The notes under the pieces were generated by a model. It ran no database searches. It had not been told where the DNA came from and saw nothing but the letters and a program-made list of their open reading frames with translations. From Octopus bimaculoides (Eukaryota): DNA of 35,310 nt. Each line of letters opens with the position of its first letter. Position 1 is the first letter of the stretch. Location of the stretch: the NCBI RefSeq assembly GCF_001194135.2, contig NC_069002.1, forward strand, positions 29,703,611 to 29,738,920, given 5' to 3'. Positions 1 to 10,770 of this stretch are shown here, one piece after another. The translations under genes were made by a program, and so were the position numbers.

Positions 1-16
1 TATTTTGTACTTGTGT

Positions 17-36
17 TCTTCTTCTTCTTCTTCTTC

Positions 37-84
<48 letters not shown>

Positions 85-220
85 TTTTCCTCCTTCTTCT
101 TTTCTTCTTCTTCTTCTTCTTCTTCTTCTCTTTCTCTCCCTCCCCTACTCATCCCTTTCCCCTTCTTCTCCTTCTCTCCCCTCCCTCCTCCCCTTCTCCT
201 CCTCCTTCTTCCCTTTCTTC
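17..220 (+). repeat. Compound (TTC)n/(TTA)n microsatellite and pyrimidine tract
   Basis: Direct reading. Confidence 0.95.
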
Positions 221-674
221 TTCGCTATTCATTACCAAAACCAATGTCCTACATTTCACAAACTCACCTCACTTATTCTCCTCATTTTCCTTTAGCTTAT
301 AACATCTGATTCCATTATTTCTTCCATTTTGTTTATTCACTTACATTTGTTTCTCATTTCAGCTCATGTCTCTTCAGTCATTTCGTTGTTTGCAAATCAG
401 TTATTTTGTTTTTAAGTTTTATATTTCACGACTTAATTTCCTGTGCTCTTCCTCTCGTTTCACCTCGATTCTCCTCTTCCTCCTCCCCTCCATATCTCTC
501 TGTGTTCCTTAGTTGTTTTTCTATTTTCTCTCTCTCCCTTGTTTTTCTCTTTTTAATTTGCTCCTCGCTTTATTCATCGTACATATAGGCACACGCGGCA
601 TACCTTTTGTAAACTCACAGACTTCTTTCTCTCTGTTTTTATCTCTGTCGCCGTCTCTGCTTGTCTGCCTCTCT

Positions 675-723
675 CTCTCTCTCTATTTCATTCTCTCTCT
701 CTATTTCATTCTCTCTCTCTATT

Positions 724-774
<51 letters not shown>

Positions 775-777
775 ATT

Positions 778-800
<23 letters not shown>
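675..800 (+). repeat. 18-bp minisatellite, 7 units
   Basis: Unit CTCTCTCTCT(A/C)TTTCATT; units end at 692, 710, 728, 746, 764, 782 and 800. Confidence 0.9.
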
Positions 801-809
<9 letters not shown>

Positions 810-942
810 CCTCTCCGTCTTTCTCTCTCCGTCTCTCTCTAAACCTCTTTTCAATCCTGTCTAATGACTGTTAATTTACCACACCACAACGCTTCCGTTT
901 GGTAACATGAGTTGGCCATTTTGCGACAATTTTAATGATACT

Positions 943-1170
943 ACACACACACATACACGCAAACGCACACACACACACGTGCACATACATGCACATAGAC
1001 ACACACATCACACACACACACACATATACACACACACGTAAACATACACACATACGCACACATACACATGCACATACACACATACGCAAACACACACATA
1101 GACACACATATACACAACACACACGCACATACATACACACACGCGCACACACGCTCGCACACACACATAC
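943..1170 (+). repeat. Degenerate (CA)n microsatellite
   Basis: Direct reading. Confidence 0.95.
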
Positions 1171-1263
1171 AGTGTAATAACAGTTTGCTTCGGCTTCAAG
1201 CTCGCAAGCTCGTAGAGCGAACTTAGTTCGTCCGGCGTTTGGAGATCCAGTAACGGGAAGTGA

Positions 1264-1601
1264 GACAAGCTCAAGGAAGCTTCTGGATGTTAGACGTCTA
1301 TTGGTCGAATTAAATCACGCGCTATTATTGGTTTAAAAGCGATATCAGGCTCACGTGGTAGGACGCATTTTTGGTTCGCAGCTGTCATAAGTATGTTTGG
1401 AGAGTTCGGTATTGTTTATTTAGCAACATCATAAAACAGGAGGGGTATTCAAAAGCTTAAGAGACATACACACGTTTCAACAGTTGCACAGCAACATCGT
1501 GTCCGGCTATTTGAGCTTGGTATCACTTTTAAGCCAATATTACCACGTGATCTAAGTTAACCCATAAAGATCTAACATCTAGAAGCCTTCTTGAACTTGT
1601 C
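1264..1601. mobile_element. Foldback / MITE-like element with 90-bp imperfect terminal inverted repeats
   Basis: 1264-1353 aligns without gaps to the reverse complement of 1512-1601 with 19 mismatches in 90 bp (about 79%); 158-bp spacer; no TSD found. Confidence 0.65.
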
Positions 1602-1827
1602 GCCATCGATGGCTTTAATTTTATGTGAAACCAGAATAATATGGTGATCACGCATGCTGTGGGGCGGTTATCTCCCCTGTCAGTGCATAGACATGTGTTT
1701 CTTTGCTGCTCTAAGGGGTTTTAAAACTTAATTCTAGCAATGTAAGTGCTACCTTACACTGTCAGTCACAATTGGTGACAACTGAAGTTTTCGTTTCTGA
1801 TTTTATATTGCGTATAGACGCCTTCGT

Positions 1828-1861
<34 letters not shown>

Positions 1862-1864
<3 letters not shown>

Positions 1865-2095
1865 ATTTCTTTACTGCCCACAAGGGGCTACACAGGGAGA
1901 GGACAAACAAGGACAGACAAACGGATGAAGTCGATTATATCGAATCCAGTGCGTAACTGGTACTTATTTAATCAACCCCGAAAGGATAAAAGGCAAAGTC
2001 GACCTCGGCGGAATTTGAACTCAGAACGTAGCGGCAGACGAAATACCGCTAAGCATTTCGCCCGGTGTGCTAACGCTTCTGCCAGCTCGTCGCCT

Positions 2096-2096
<1 letters not shown>
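1862..2096 (-). mobile_element. tRNA-derived SINE, family A, embedded in a (TATC)n array
   Basis: Minus strand has A-box-like GGCGACGAGCTGGCAGAA, B-box GAGTTCAAATTCC and central GTCGACTTTGCCTTTTATCCTTTCGGGG; homologous to other copies in the window; (TATC)n on both sides. Confidence 0.85.
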
Positions 2097-2147
<51 letters not shown>

Positions 2148-3839
2148 ATNNNNNNNNNNNNNNNNNNNNNNNNNNNNNNNNNNNNNNNNNNNNNNNNNNN
2201 NNNNNNNNNNNNNNNNNNNNNNNNNNNNNNNNNNNNNNNNNNNNNNNNNNNNNNNNNNNNNNNNNNNNNNNNNNNNNNNNNNNNNNNNNNNNNNNNNNNN
2301 NNNNNNNNNNNNNNNNNNNNNNNNNNNNNNNNNNNNNNNNNNNNNNNNNNNNNNNNNNNNNNNNNNNNNNNNNNNNNNNNNNNNNNNNNNNNNNNNNNNN
2401 NNNNNNNNNNNNNNNNNNNNNNNNNNNNNNNNNNNNNNNNNNNNNNNNNNNNNNNNNNNNNNNNNNNNNNNNNNNNNNNNNNTACACATATTGTATAGAA
2501 GGAGGAATATTTAAGCGTTCTATAGTGCTTTTCAAAAAAATATTCTAATTGTAGAAACATTATTGATTATTTAGAATATAGAAATCTAGTCTTCTGTCCA
2601 GTTATTAAAATTTGGCACAGACTTTAGTAAGAGGAACTATTGTAATAAAAGTTACATGAATGTAATTAGTATTGAATATTTCCAGTACAATACCGAAAGA
2701 ATTGAAGTGTTGCTCATAAATGTATTTGTCTCACTTCGCATATAGGTAAGACGTAAACTATTTTATACATTTACACCATACGTACAATCTGAACTTTTGA
2801 TTTGAGCAAACGAATGCTAATACACAATTTGATATTGTCAGATATTTTAAATAATATATTTATTTTGAGTTATTCCCCTGAAACAAAAGAGTTATATCAT
2901 GTATTTATACATAAGATAATGATTCTTATTCTATTCAATTTGTTTGAATCTCAGCAACGACTGACGATTACCAGCTTTGAAATTAGTTCCTCAATTTGGT
3001 ACTTAGACAACAATAGTTGCTGATAAATGTGTAAAACTTACCAAAGTTTTCCAGATCTCTTAAAAGTAACGCAACTTGATTGAATTTTGAGAATTAGTCT
3101 CAGAAATTATCTTTTATTGTCTTTGCGAACTTTAAAAGAATAGCTAGTCTTTTCTTTTTATAATGAAATGAATGTTTTATTTTTATCTTTCTCGTGAAAT
3201 CATTTCTTAATGCAATAAAAATTGAAACAGTTTCTAAACTATATCAGCATACAGTAGCTGCAATTTTTCACCGTCGATTGTATGTATATTTTCTCGTTCT
3301 TGTGGACTTTTGATATGACATTAATAACAGTAGGACATCTCTCTTCTCTGCAGCAATACGTACATAGCATTTATCATTACTCTTTTCTAGTGTATTTAAG
3401 AAAATAATTGCTTCACTAGATCTTGAAATTGATTAATGTTTTCACTGACCGTCGTCTTCATCTTTATTCATGGTCATTAATGGTGTCGTAGATTCTTTAA
3501 TATATTCTGTCAGTTTCTGAAGCAAGCATTCATACACGCCAAATATAATTGACAGTTACTGTTGGAGAAATACGTCAGTATAGGAATATATTAGGTCCAC
3601 TGTAAAGATACGAAATTCTCGTCGTTAAGGTTGTTAATGCCAACGTTGGTTACTATCGCTAAATTTATGGAAAAAGAAAGCATTTAATTAATGCATAACT
3701 TAGACTCTTGTATCCAGGTTCTAACTTCTCTTTCTATATTTTATCATAGTGCACTGGGCTATGAAATAACAAAATTTAAATACCTTGAAATGCTGGGGGT
3801 TTTACAAGAAAGATCAAGGGCAACTGACTCACATGTTCT

Positions 3840-4385
3840 TAATTTTTATTGCCCAGAAGGGGTTAAACATAGAGGGGACAAACAAGGACAGACAAAGGGC
3901 TTAAGTCGATTACATCGACCCCAGCGCGTAACTGGTACTTAATTCATAGACCCCGAAAGGATGAAAGGCAAAGTCGACCTCGGTGGAATTTGAGCTCAGA
4001 ACGAAAGACAGACGAAATACCGCTAAGCATTTCGCCCGGCGTGCTAACGTTTCTGCCAGCTCGCCGCCTTAACTCANNNNNNNNNNNNNNNNNNNNNNNC
4101 ATATAGACAGACGAAATACCGTTAAGCATTTCGCCCGGCGTGCTAACGTTTCTTATTTCTTTATTATCCACAAGGGGCTAAACATAGAGGGGACAAACAA
4201 GGACAGACAAAGGGCTTAAGTCGATTACATCGACCCCAGCGCGTAACTGGTACTTAATTCATAGACCCCGAAAGGATGAAAGGCAAAGTCGACCTCGGTG
4301 GAATTTGAGCTCAGAACGAAAGACAGACGAAATACCGCTAAGCATTTCGCCCGGCGTGCTAACGTTTCTGCCAGCTCGCCGCCTT
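3840..4385 (-). mobile_element. Family A SINE present twice around a 23-N gap, bounded by a 13-bp target-site duplication
   Basis: Copies at 3840-4070 and about 4153-4385, plus a partial second monomer at 4105-4152; ACTCACATGTTCT at 3827-3839 and 4387-4399. Confidence 0.85.
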
Positions 4386-4568
4386 AACTCACATGTTCTA
4401 AACCAAGTCGGTTAGTGGTGACGAATGGTTAGTACCTTTCAGTTTCTAAGAATGGAATTCTACACAGTCTTTTATTTGATATGGTATTGATACTTCTGCT
4501 GCTGCTGCTCAGGTGCTCGAAATATTGTTAGCTTTATACACTGTCAGTCAAACCGTTACCACCCGATA

Positions 4569-5095
4569 GGATTTTGCCGTAGCTATGTGGTTAAGAAGCT
4601 TACTTTGTAACATATGTGGTCCCGGGTTCAGTCCGTTTGCGCAGCATCTTGGGCATGCCTTCTACTGTAGACGTGGACCGACCAAAGCCCTGTGAGTGGA
4701 TTTGGGAGACGGAAATAGGAAGAAGCCTAGCCTGTCGTAAATATATGTTTGTTTTTGTGTAACTGTGTTTGTGTGCGTGCGTGTCTATGTCTTTGTACCC
4801 TTGTCTTAAGATCATGTGACAGTTGTAAACGAGCATCTTTGTCAGATAAACGATATTGTCCGTTTCCATACTTTGGCGAAAAACATGTTAGACCTTGGGG
4901 AAATAACACCTTACTTAACAATAGGTGAGGCTTGGTGACAGGAAGGGCATCCAGCCTTCGAAAATATACCTCAACAAATTCTTTTTGATCCCTGAAAGTA
5001 TGGGAGAGGATGTTAAATGATGACCGTGATCATGATCATGACGATGTGATGACGATGTGATGACGATGTGATGACGATCATGGTGATGACGACGA
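4569..5095 (+). mobile_element. tRNA-derived SINE, family B, with RTE-type 3' tail and degenerate (GAT)n end
   Basis: Head and GGTTCAGTCC B-box homologous to 31352-31757; the 3' part instead has GGAAGGGCATCCAGCC...GGATGTTAAATGATGA followed by GAT/GACGAT repeats. Confidence 0.75.
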
Positions 5096-5548
5096 TAACC
5101 AGGACGACAAGAACGACAACGAGGACAACAAGAACGACGATAAACACTACCACTGACTCTAGGAGTGACACCAAACGATGTCATTCCCACGTGATGCAGA
5201 ATCCACATTTTTTTATATTTATAATAACATTCGCAATTTCTTTCTATTAGCACCTCTTCTCTCACCAGTTGTATCTACTACTTCCGGTTTCTCGTTAGCA
5301 CCGTAGACCCAAGTTCTTGTCTATTGGATGAGGTGTACAGAGGAAACTGAGGCCATGAATCTACCGTTTCTGTCTAATTTTCTAATCTTTTTTTTTTCCG
5401 GAACGAAACTTCCTCCTCAGTGGAGGCTTTGCGTTACGAAAATCTACTGAGCTGTCTTTTAACAAATTATGGCAAATCTTCAAAAAATGTCCAACCCAAA
5501 ATCTAAAATAAAAACCCGGTAGTATTAGTATTAATAAGGAAGGCACAT

Positions 5549-5755
5549 AAGACAGCGAGCTGACAGAATCGTTAGCACGCCGGGTAAAATGCTTAGTGGT
5601 ATTTTGTTCGCTTTCATGTTCCGAGTTCAAATTCCGGGGAGGTCGACTTTACCTTCTATCTTTTAAAGGTCAATAAAATAAGTACTAGTTGAGTACCGGG
5701 GTCGATGTAATCGATGAAATTGCATTGCTGGCTTTGTACCAAAAATCGAAGTCAA
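5549..5755 (+). mobile_element. Family A SINE, diverged
   Basis: AGACAGCGAGCTGACAGAATCGTTAGCACGCCGGG...GAGTTCAAATTCC...GGGGTCGATGTAATCGA. Confidence 0.8.
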
Positions 5756-5761
5756 TAATAA

Positions 5762-6025
5762 AGGCACGTTGCTTGGTAGTTACGGTGTTTCATTCACTAT
5801 GTTAACGTCTTGGTTTCAATTCCTGAACCGAGCTGTGTGTTGTGTTCTTGACCAAAGCACTTCGTTTTACATTGATCAAACCCACTCAACTCTAAATGAA
5901 CTAATATAAATCGGAAGCCAACTCTGCGACAGACCGGTGACCCGTTCAAAAAGGACGTTTGCAATCTCAGTCACTTAAAAACGTCATGAAAACCGGATTG
6001 AGCTCCGGCCGTATGACACATAGGG
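5762..6025 (+). mobile_element. tRNA-derived SINE, family C (Meta/CORE-like central domain), diverged
   Basis: B-box-like GGTTTCAATTCC followed by TGTGTTCTTGACCAAAGCACTT; 3' part AAACCGGATTGAGCTCCGGCC; head homologous to the minus-strand fragment at 9655-9754. Domain name is from recalled consensus. Confidence 0.6.
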
Positions 6026-7720
6026 ATTACGAGAAACGTAATAAAATTAATAATTGGAAGGTTTGGAGTTCGGCCACTACATAGTACGGCTGGAGTATAG
6101 TCAGTTCTAAAGGGTATATGACAATAGTTGCATCCCTTTACAGAACTCAGAAGCATGAGTAAAGTAATATCAGCTACATTTTGACATAGAGAGTAAAATG
6201 GTATAATTTATTCCTGCACATATTTGCGTAGATGTTGTAGCAATGTTTTCCAACAGAGCTTTTTAATAAATATATCATTCCATTCACCCATTTTCACCGC
6301 CCAGTATTCTTGTTACAGTCGTGCGAGGAGAGCTCCAGGCACAAATGAACATATTTTTTAGTAAATAAATTATATACTATGCTATACATACATACATATT
6401 TATGTATACACACTTAAATACATACATATATATATATATAGGTAAATTGAAATTTAGAGGTAATACTTGACAATTGTAGCTTTACATTGTAAATTATACA
6501 CATATTATATTATACACATATTATATTATGCACATGTAAAGCTTGAAACACGTGTACCGCGGAATCCTATGTAGTTTTGTTGTTATTTTTTGGATTTACA
6601 ATTTATATATATATATATATATATAAATACACACATACACACACATAAAGAGGTATGTATTTAATATAAATTATTATATTCATATATGATATATTAAATA
6701 CAATATATATAATATTGATATAAATGTGATGAATATATATATATATATATATATATATTANNNNNNNNNNNNNNNNNNNNNNNNNNNNNNNNNNNNNNNN
6801 NNNNNNNNNNNNNNNNNNNNNNNNNNNNNNNNNNNNNNNNNNNNNNNNNNNNNNNNNNNNNNNNNNNNNNNNNNNNNNNNNNNNNNNNNNNNNNNNNNNN
6901 NNNNNNNNNNNNNNNNNNNNNNNNNNNNNNNNNNNNNNNNNNNNNNNNNNNNNNNNNNNNNNNNNNNNNNNNNNNNNNNNNNNNNNNNNNNNNNNNNNNN
7001 NNNNNNNNNNNNNNNNNNNNNNNNNNNNNNNNNNNNNNNNNNNNNNNNNNNNNNNNNNNNNNNNNNNNNNNNNNNNNNNNNNNNNNNNNNNNNNNNNNNN
7101 NNNNNNNNNNNNNNNNNNNNNNNNNNNNNNNNNNNNNNNNNNNNNNNNNNNNNNNNNNNNNNNNNNNNNNNNNNNNNNNNNNNNNNNNNNNNNNNNNNNN
7201 NNNNNNNNNNNNNNNNNNNNNNNNNNNNNNNNNNNNNNNNNNNNNNNNNNNNNNNNNNNNNNNNNNNNNNNNNNNNNNNNNNNNNNNTATATATATATAT
7301 ATACGTCTGTAGGTGAATGTGTTTGTGTTTGTGTTTTTCTCCTCCACATATGTCTCCCTCCATAACTGGCGTATCTTTTAATGAAAGTTTATATAAACAC
7401 CTTCCAAACTGCATAGATTTCGATTGTAAAGAAATTTGTGGGGACAATTGTTTCTGAGGGAGTAGGGAGAGGAGTTTCGGGAAGACCGAATAAGTTAGAA
7501 CTACTATTTAAACCACAGCCTTCAAAATGATGGGTTGGGGAGCATCTTTGTATGAAAAATAGTTTTTAATTTTTTTTTTTTTCGCATCCCCTCACACCCT
7601 CATCATCTCATTCCAGACCTGTTTCGACCAACTTTTGTTGCACTTCAAAATCATAGGTAGAGCATTTCAGGTATAAAAAAGAAATTATTATTTTCAGAAG
7701 GAAGAGTGACTGCTTTAAGG

Positions 7721-7856
7721 GAATCTACCTGAGAACTACTTTAAAGGTAAACGTGTCTGTGGAGTACTCAGCCACATGGATGTTAATTTCACAAGCAGTC
7801 TGTACCGTTGATCGGATCATTTGGAACGTTCGTCGTCGTAACCGACGGAGAACCAG
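7721..7856 (-). repeat. Dispersed repeat family D, partial copy
   Basis: Reverse complement aligns with 9434-9570 (shared GTTACGACGACGA, GATCAACGG, GAAATTAA, GGCTGAGTACTC, ACAGACAC). Confidence 0.75.
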
Positions 7857-8432
7857 TCTGGGTTCTTAATACAAACAAAATAAAGAAACTCAAGACCTGT
7901 CAGGTGCTAATTACAGGTTTACCATTCCCTAGATTCTCATGGACTTCACTAAAGCCCAATTTCAAAAATGCGTACAGACGTCCCTAACTGCTACTGGTGC
8001 CACTGCTGCTGCAGTTGCTGGTAGGATTGGTATGATGCCTGCTTAAAGAATGCGCTAGGGTTACGCAAACACACACAACATTAAAAATAAAATCAAGGTG
8101 AAGTCAGTTAATTGAGGGCCCAGGGTAGGAATGCAATGAAACCTATTACAACCAAGTTTCTGCAATAAGGAAATCGAGATGACAAGCACACACACACACA
8201 TGCACACACACACACATACACATGCACACACACACACACACATACATACCCCCACAACGACAACAACAGCAACCTCACTCAGACACAGACACACATATAC
8301 ACACACTCATTCACACAATTGATACTCACACACATTTACACGCACACGAACACACACACACACACGCATATATATATGGATATATACACACACGTATACA
8401 GAGCAAAAATCATAGGTGTGTATATATCTATC

Positions 8433-8525
<93 letters not shown>

Positions 8526-9334
8526 NNNNNNNNNNNNNNNNNNNNNNNNNNNNNNNNNNNNNNNNNNNNNNNNNNNNNNNNNNNNNNNNNNNNNNNNNNN
8601 NNNNNNNNNNNNNNNNNNNNNNNNNNNNNNNNNNNNNNNNNNNNNNNNNNNNNNNNNNNNNNNNNNNNNNNNNNNNNNNNNNNNNNNNNNNNNNNNNNNN
8701 NNNNNNNNNNNNNNNNNNNNNNNNNNNNNNNNNNNNNNNNNNNNNNNNNNNNNNNNNNNNNNNNNNNNNNNNNNNNNNNNNNNNNNNNNNNNNNNNNNNN
8801 NNNNNNNNNNNNNNNNNNNNNNNNNNNNNNNNNNNNNNNNNNNNNNNNNNNNNNNNNNNNNNNNNNNNNNNNNNNNNNNNNNNNNNNNNNNNNNNNNNNN
8901 NNNNNNNNNNNNNNNNNNNNNNNNNNNNNNNNNNNNNNNNNNNNNNNNNNNNNNNNNNNNNNNNNNNNNNNNNNNNNNNNNNNNNNNNNNNNNNNNNNNN
9001 NNNNNNNNNNNNNNNNNNNNNNNNNNNNNNNNNNNNNNNNNNNNNNNNNNNNNNNNNNNNNNNNNNNNNNNNNNNNNNNNNNNNNNNNNNNNNNNNNNNN
9101 NNNNNNNNNNNNNNNNNNNNNNNNNNNNNNNNNNNNNNNNNNNNNNNNNNNNNNNNNNNNNNNNNNNNNNNNNNNNNNNNNNNNNNNNNNNNNNNNNNNN
9201 NNNNNNNNNNNNNNNNNNNNNNNNNNNNNNTAGCACTGGACTAAATCCATTATAGTATTTAATTTCTCCCACGATTAGGTTTATAAAAATTTTCTAAAGT
9301 TCAACAATTCATTCCACTCTTTTCTACCACTGTA

Positions 9335-9355
9335 AATAATAATAATAATAACAAC

Positions 9356-9423
<68 letters not shown>

Positions 9424-9431
9424 TAATAATA
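9335..9431 (+). repeat. (AAT)n microsatellite
   Basis: Direct reading. Confidence 0.95.
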
Positions 9432-9433
9432 AA

Positions 9434-9620
9434 CTGTCACTCCGTCAGTTACGACGACGAGTGTCCCAGTTGATACAATCAACGGAACAGCCTGCCTGTT
9501 CATGAAATTAATGTGCAAATGGCTGAGTACTCTACAGACACCCGTATCCTTAACGTCATTCTCAGGGAGTGTCAGCATGATACAGGATGTGACGGGGCTG
9601 GCCCATTTTAAATACAGGTA
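9434..9620 (+). repeat. Dispersed repeat family D, longer copy, directly after an (AAT)n tract
   Basis: Homologous to the inverted copy at 7721-7856; unclassified. Confidence 0.75.
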
Positions 9621-9654
9621 TTAATAATTTTTGCGAGTCGAATGGAATAGAAAA

Positions 9655-9754
9655 AGGTAACATAAAGTGTCTTGCTGAAGGTTACAACGCGCCGCCTAGA
9701 ATCGAGATCAGAACCTTACGATCATGAGTTGATAACCCTAACCACTGTGCCTTG
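9655..9754 (-). mobile_element. Family C SINE 5' fragment
   Basis: Minus strand CAAGGCACAGTGGTTAGGGTTATCAACTCATGATCGTAAGGTTCTGATCTCGATTCT...CAGCAAGACACTTTATG: tRNA-like head plus central-domain start. Confidence 0.6.
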
Positions 9755-9805
9755 TTCCATCATTCCGTCTGTAAATAATAGATGTAAAAAATGGTTGGAT
9801 ACAAT

Positions 9806-10238
9806 ATTTCTTTTCTACTCAAGCCACAAGGCCCGAAATTTTTGGGAGGGGGCCAGTCGATTAGATCGACCCAGTATGCAACTGGTACATCATTTATCGA
9901 CCCCAAAAGGATGAAAGGCAAAGTCGACCTCGGCGGAATTTGAACTCAGAACGTAAAGACAGACGAAATACCGCTAATCATTTGGCCCGGCGTGCTAACA
10001 TTTCTAATTTCTTTATTGCCCACAAGGGGTTAAACATAGAGAGGACAAACAAGGACAGACAAAGGGATTAAGTCAATTACATCGACACCAGTGCGTAACT
10101 GGTACTTCATTTATCGACTCCGAAGGGATGAGAGGCAAAGTCGACCTCTGCGGAATTTGAACTCAGAACGTAACGGCAGACAAAATACCGCTAAGCATTT
10201 CGCCCGTCGTGCTAACGTTTCTGCCAGCACGCCGCCTT
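9806..10238 (-). mobile_element. Dimeric family A SINE
   Basis: Full monomer at 10005-10238 joined head-to-tail to a 5'-truncated monomer at 9806-10004 that has a different 3' tail. Confidence 0.85.
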
Positions 10239-10247
10239 TTAGATACT

Positions 10248-10770
10248 ATATTTCTGTTCAAATACACTGACTTTGTTTCAATTGATTTTGAAAATACGGG
10301 AGAATTTAATAAAATAAATTTGCCACAACTAAACATATTAATTAGCATTAACATTTAATTAGCATGACATTTTGATCGAAAACTGAAACTTAGATCACTG
10401 TAAACCTTTTCTTGCCATATTTCTGTTGAAATCTACTGACTTTGTTCAATTAATTTTGAAAACATTGAAGAATTTAAAATATCTTTGTTTTTATTACGCT
10501 GGTATTTGGAACATAAATTAAAACGAAAGTGTGTACGTGTGTGTACATGTGTGTACGTGTGTGTTTGTATGTGTGTGTGTGTGTTCGGACTAAATTAGGC
10601 ATTTTTCATAACAGGGAAACACATTACACATCCCAAGCTTTAACTATGTTTGAGAGATAACAGTCTGCTCAAAGCAGCTGCACCCAGCTGCGAGAGCTTT
10701 GAGCTTATGTTTGGAACTTAAATTTTGATGGAACGTTTTCATTTAGTTTAAAACAAGAAATTTGTATCAT
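10248..10770 (+). repeat. Fragments of an AT-rich dispersed repeat (possibly a non-autonomous DNA element), partly duplicated
   Basis: ATATTTCTGTT(C/G)AAAT..ACTGACTTTGTT... at 10248-10316 and 10417-10481; GTTTGGAAC.TAAATT and TTTTGAT motifs recur at about 10706-10770. Confidence 0.5.

Noticed and set aside
675-800. Regularly spaced repeat as a CRISPR-like array
   Set aside because: No unique spacers, eukaryotic context, no cas genes.
7939-8046. 35-codon small ORF MDFTKAQFQK...MMPA
   Set aside because: Within chance expectation; no promoter, splice or homology support.
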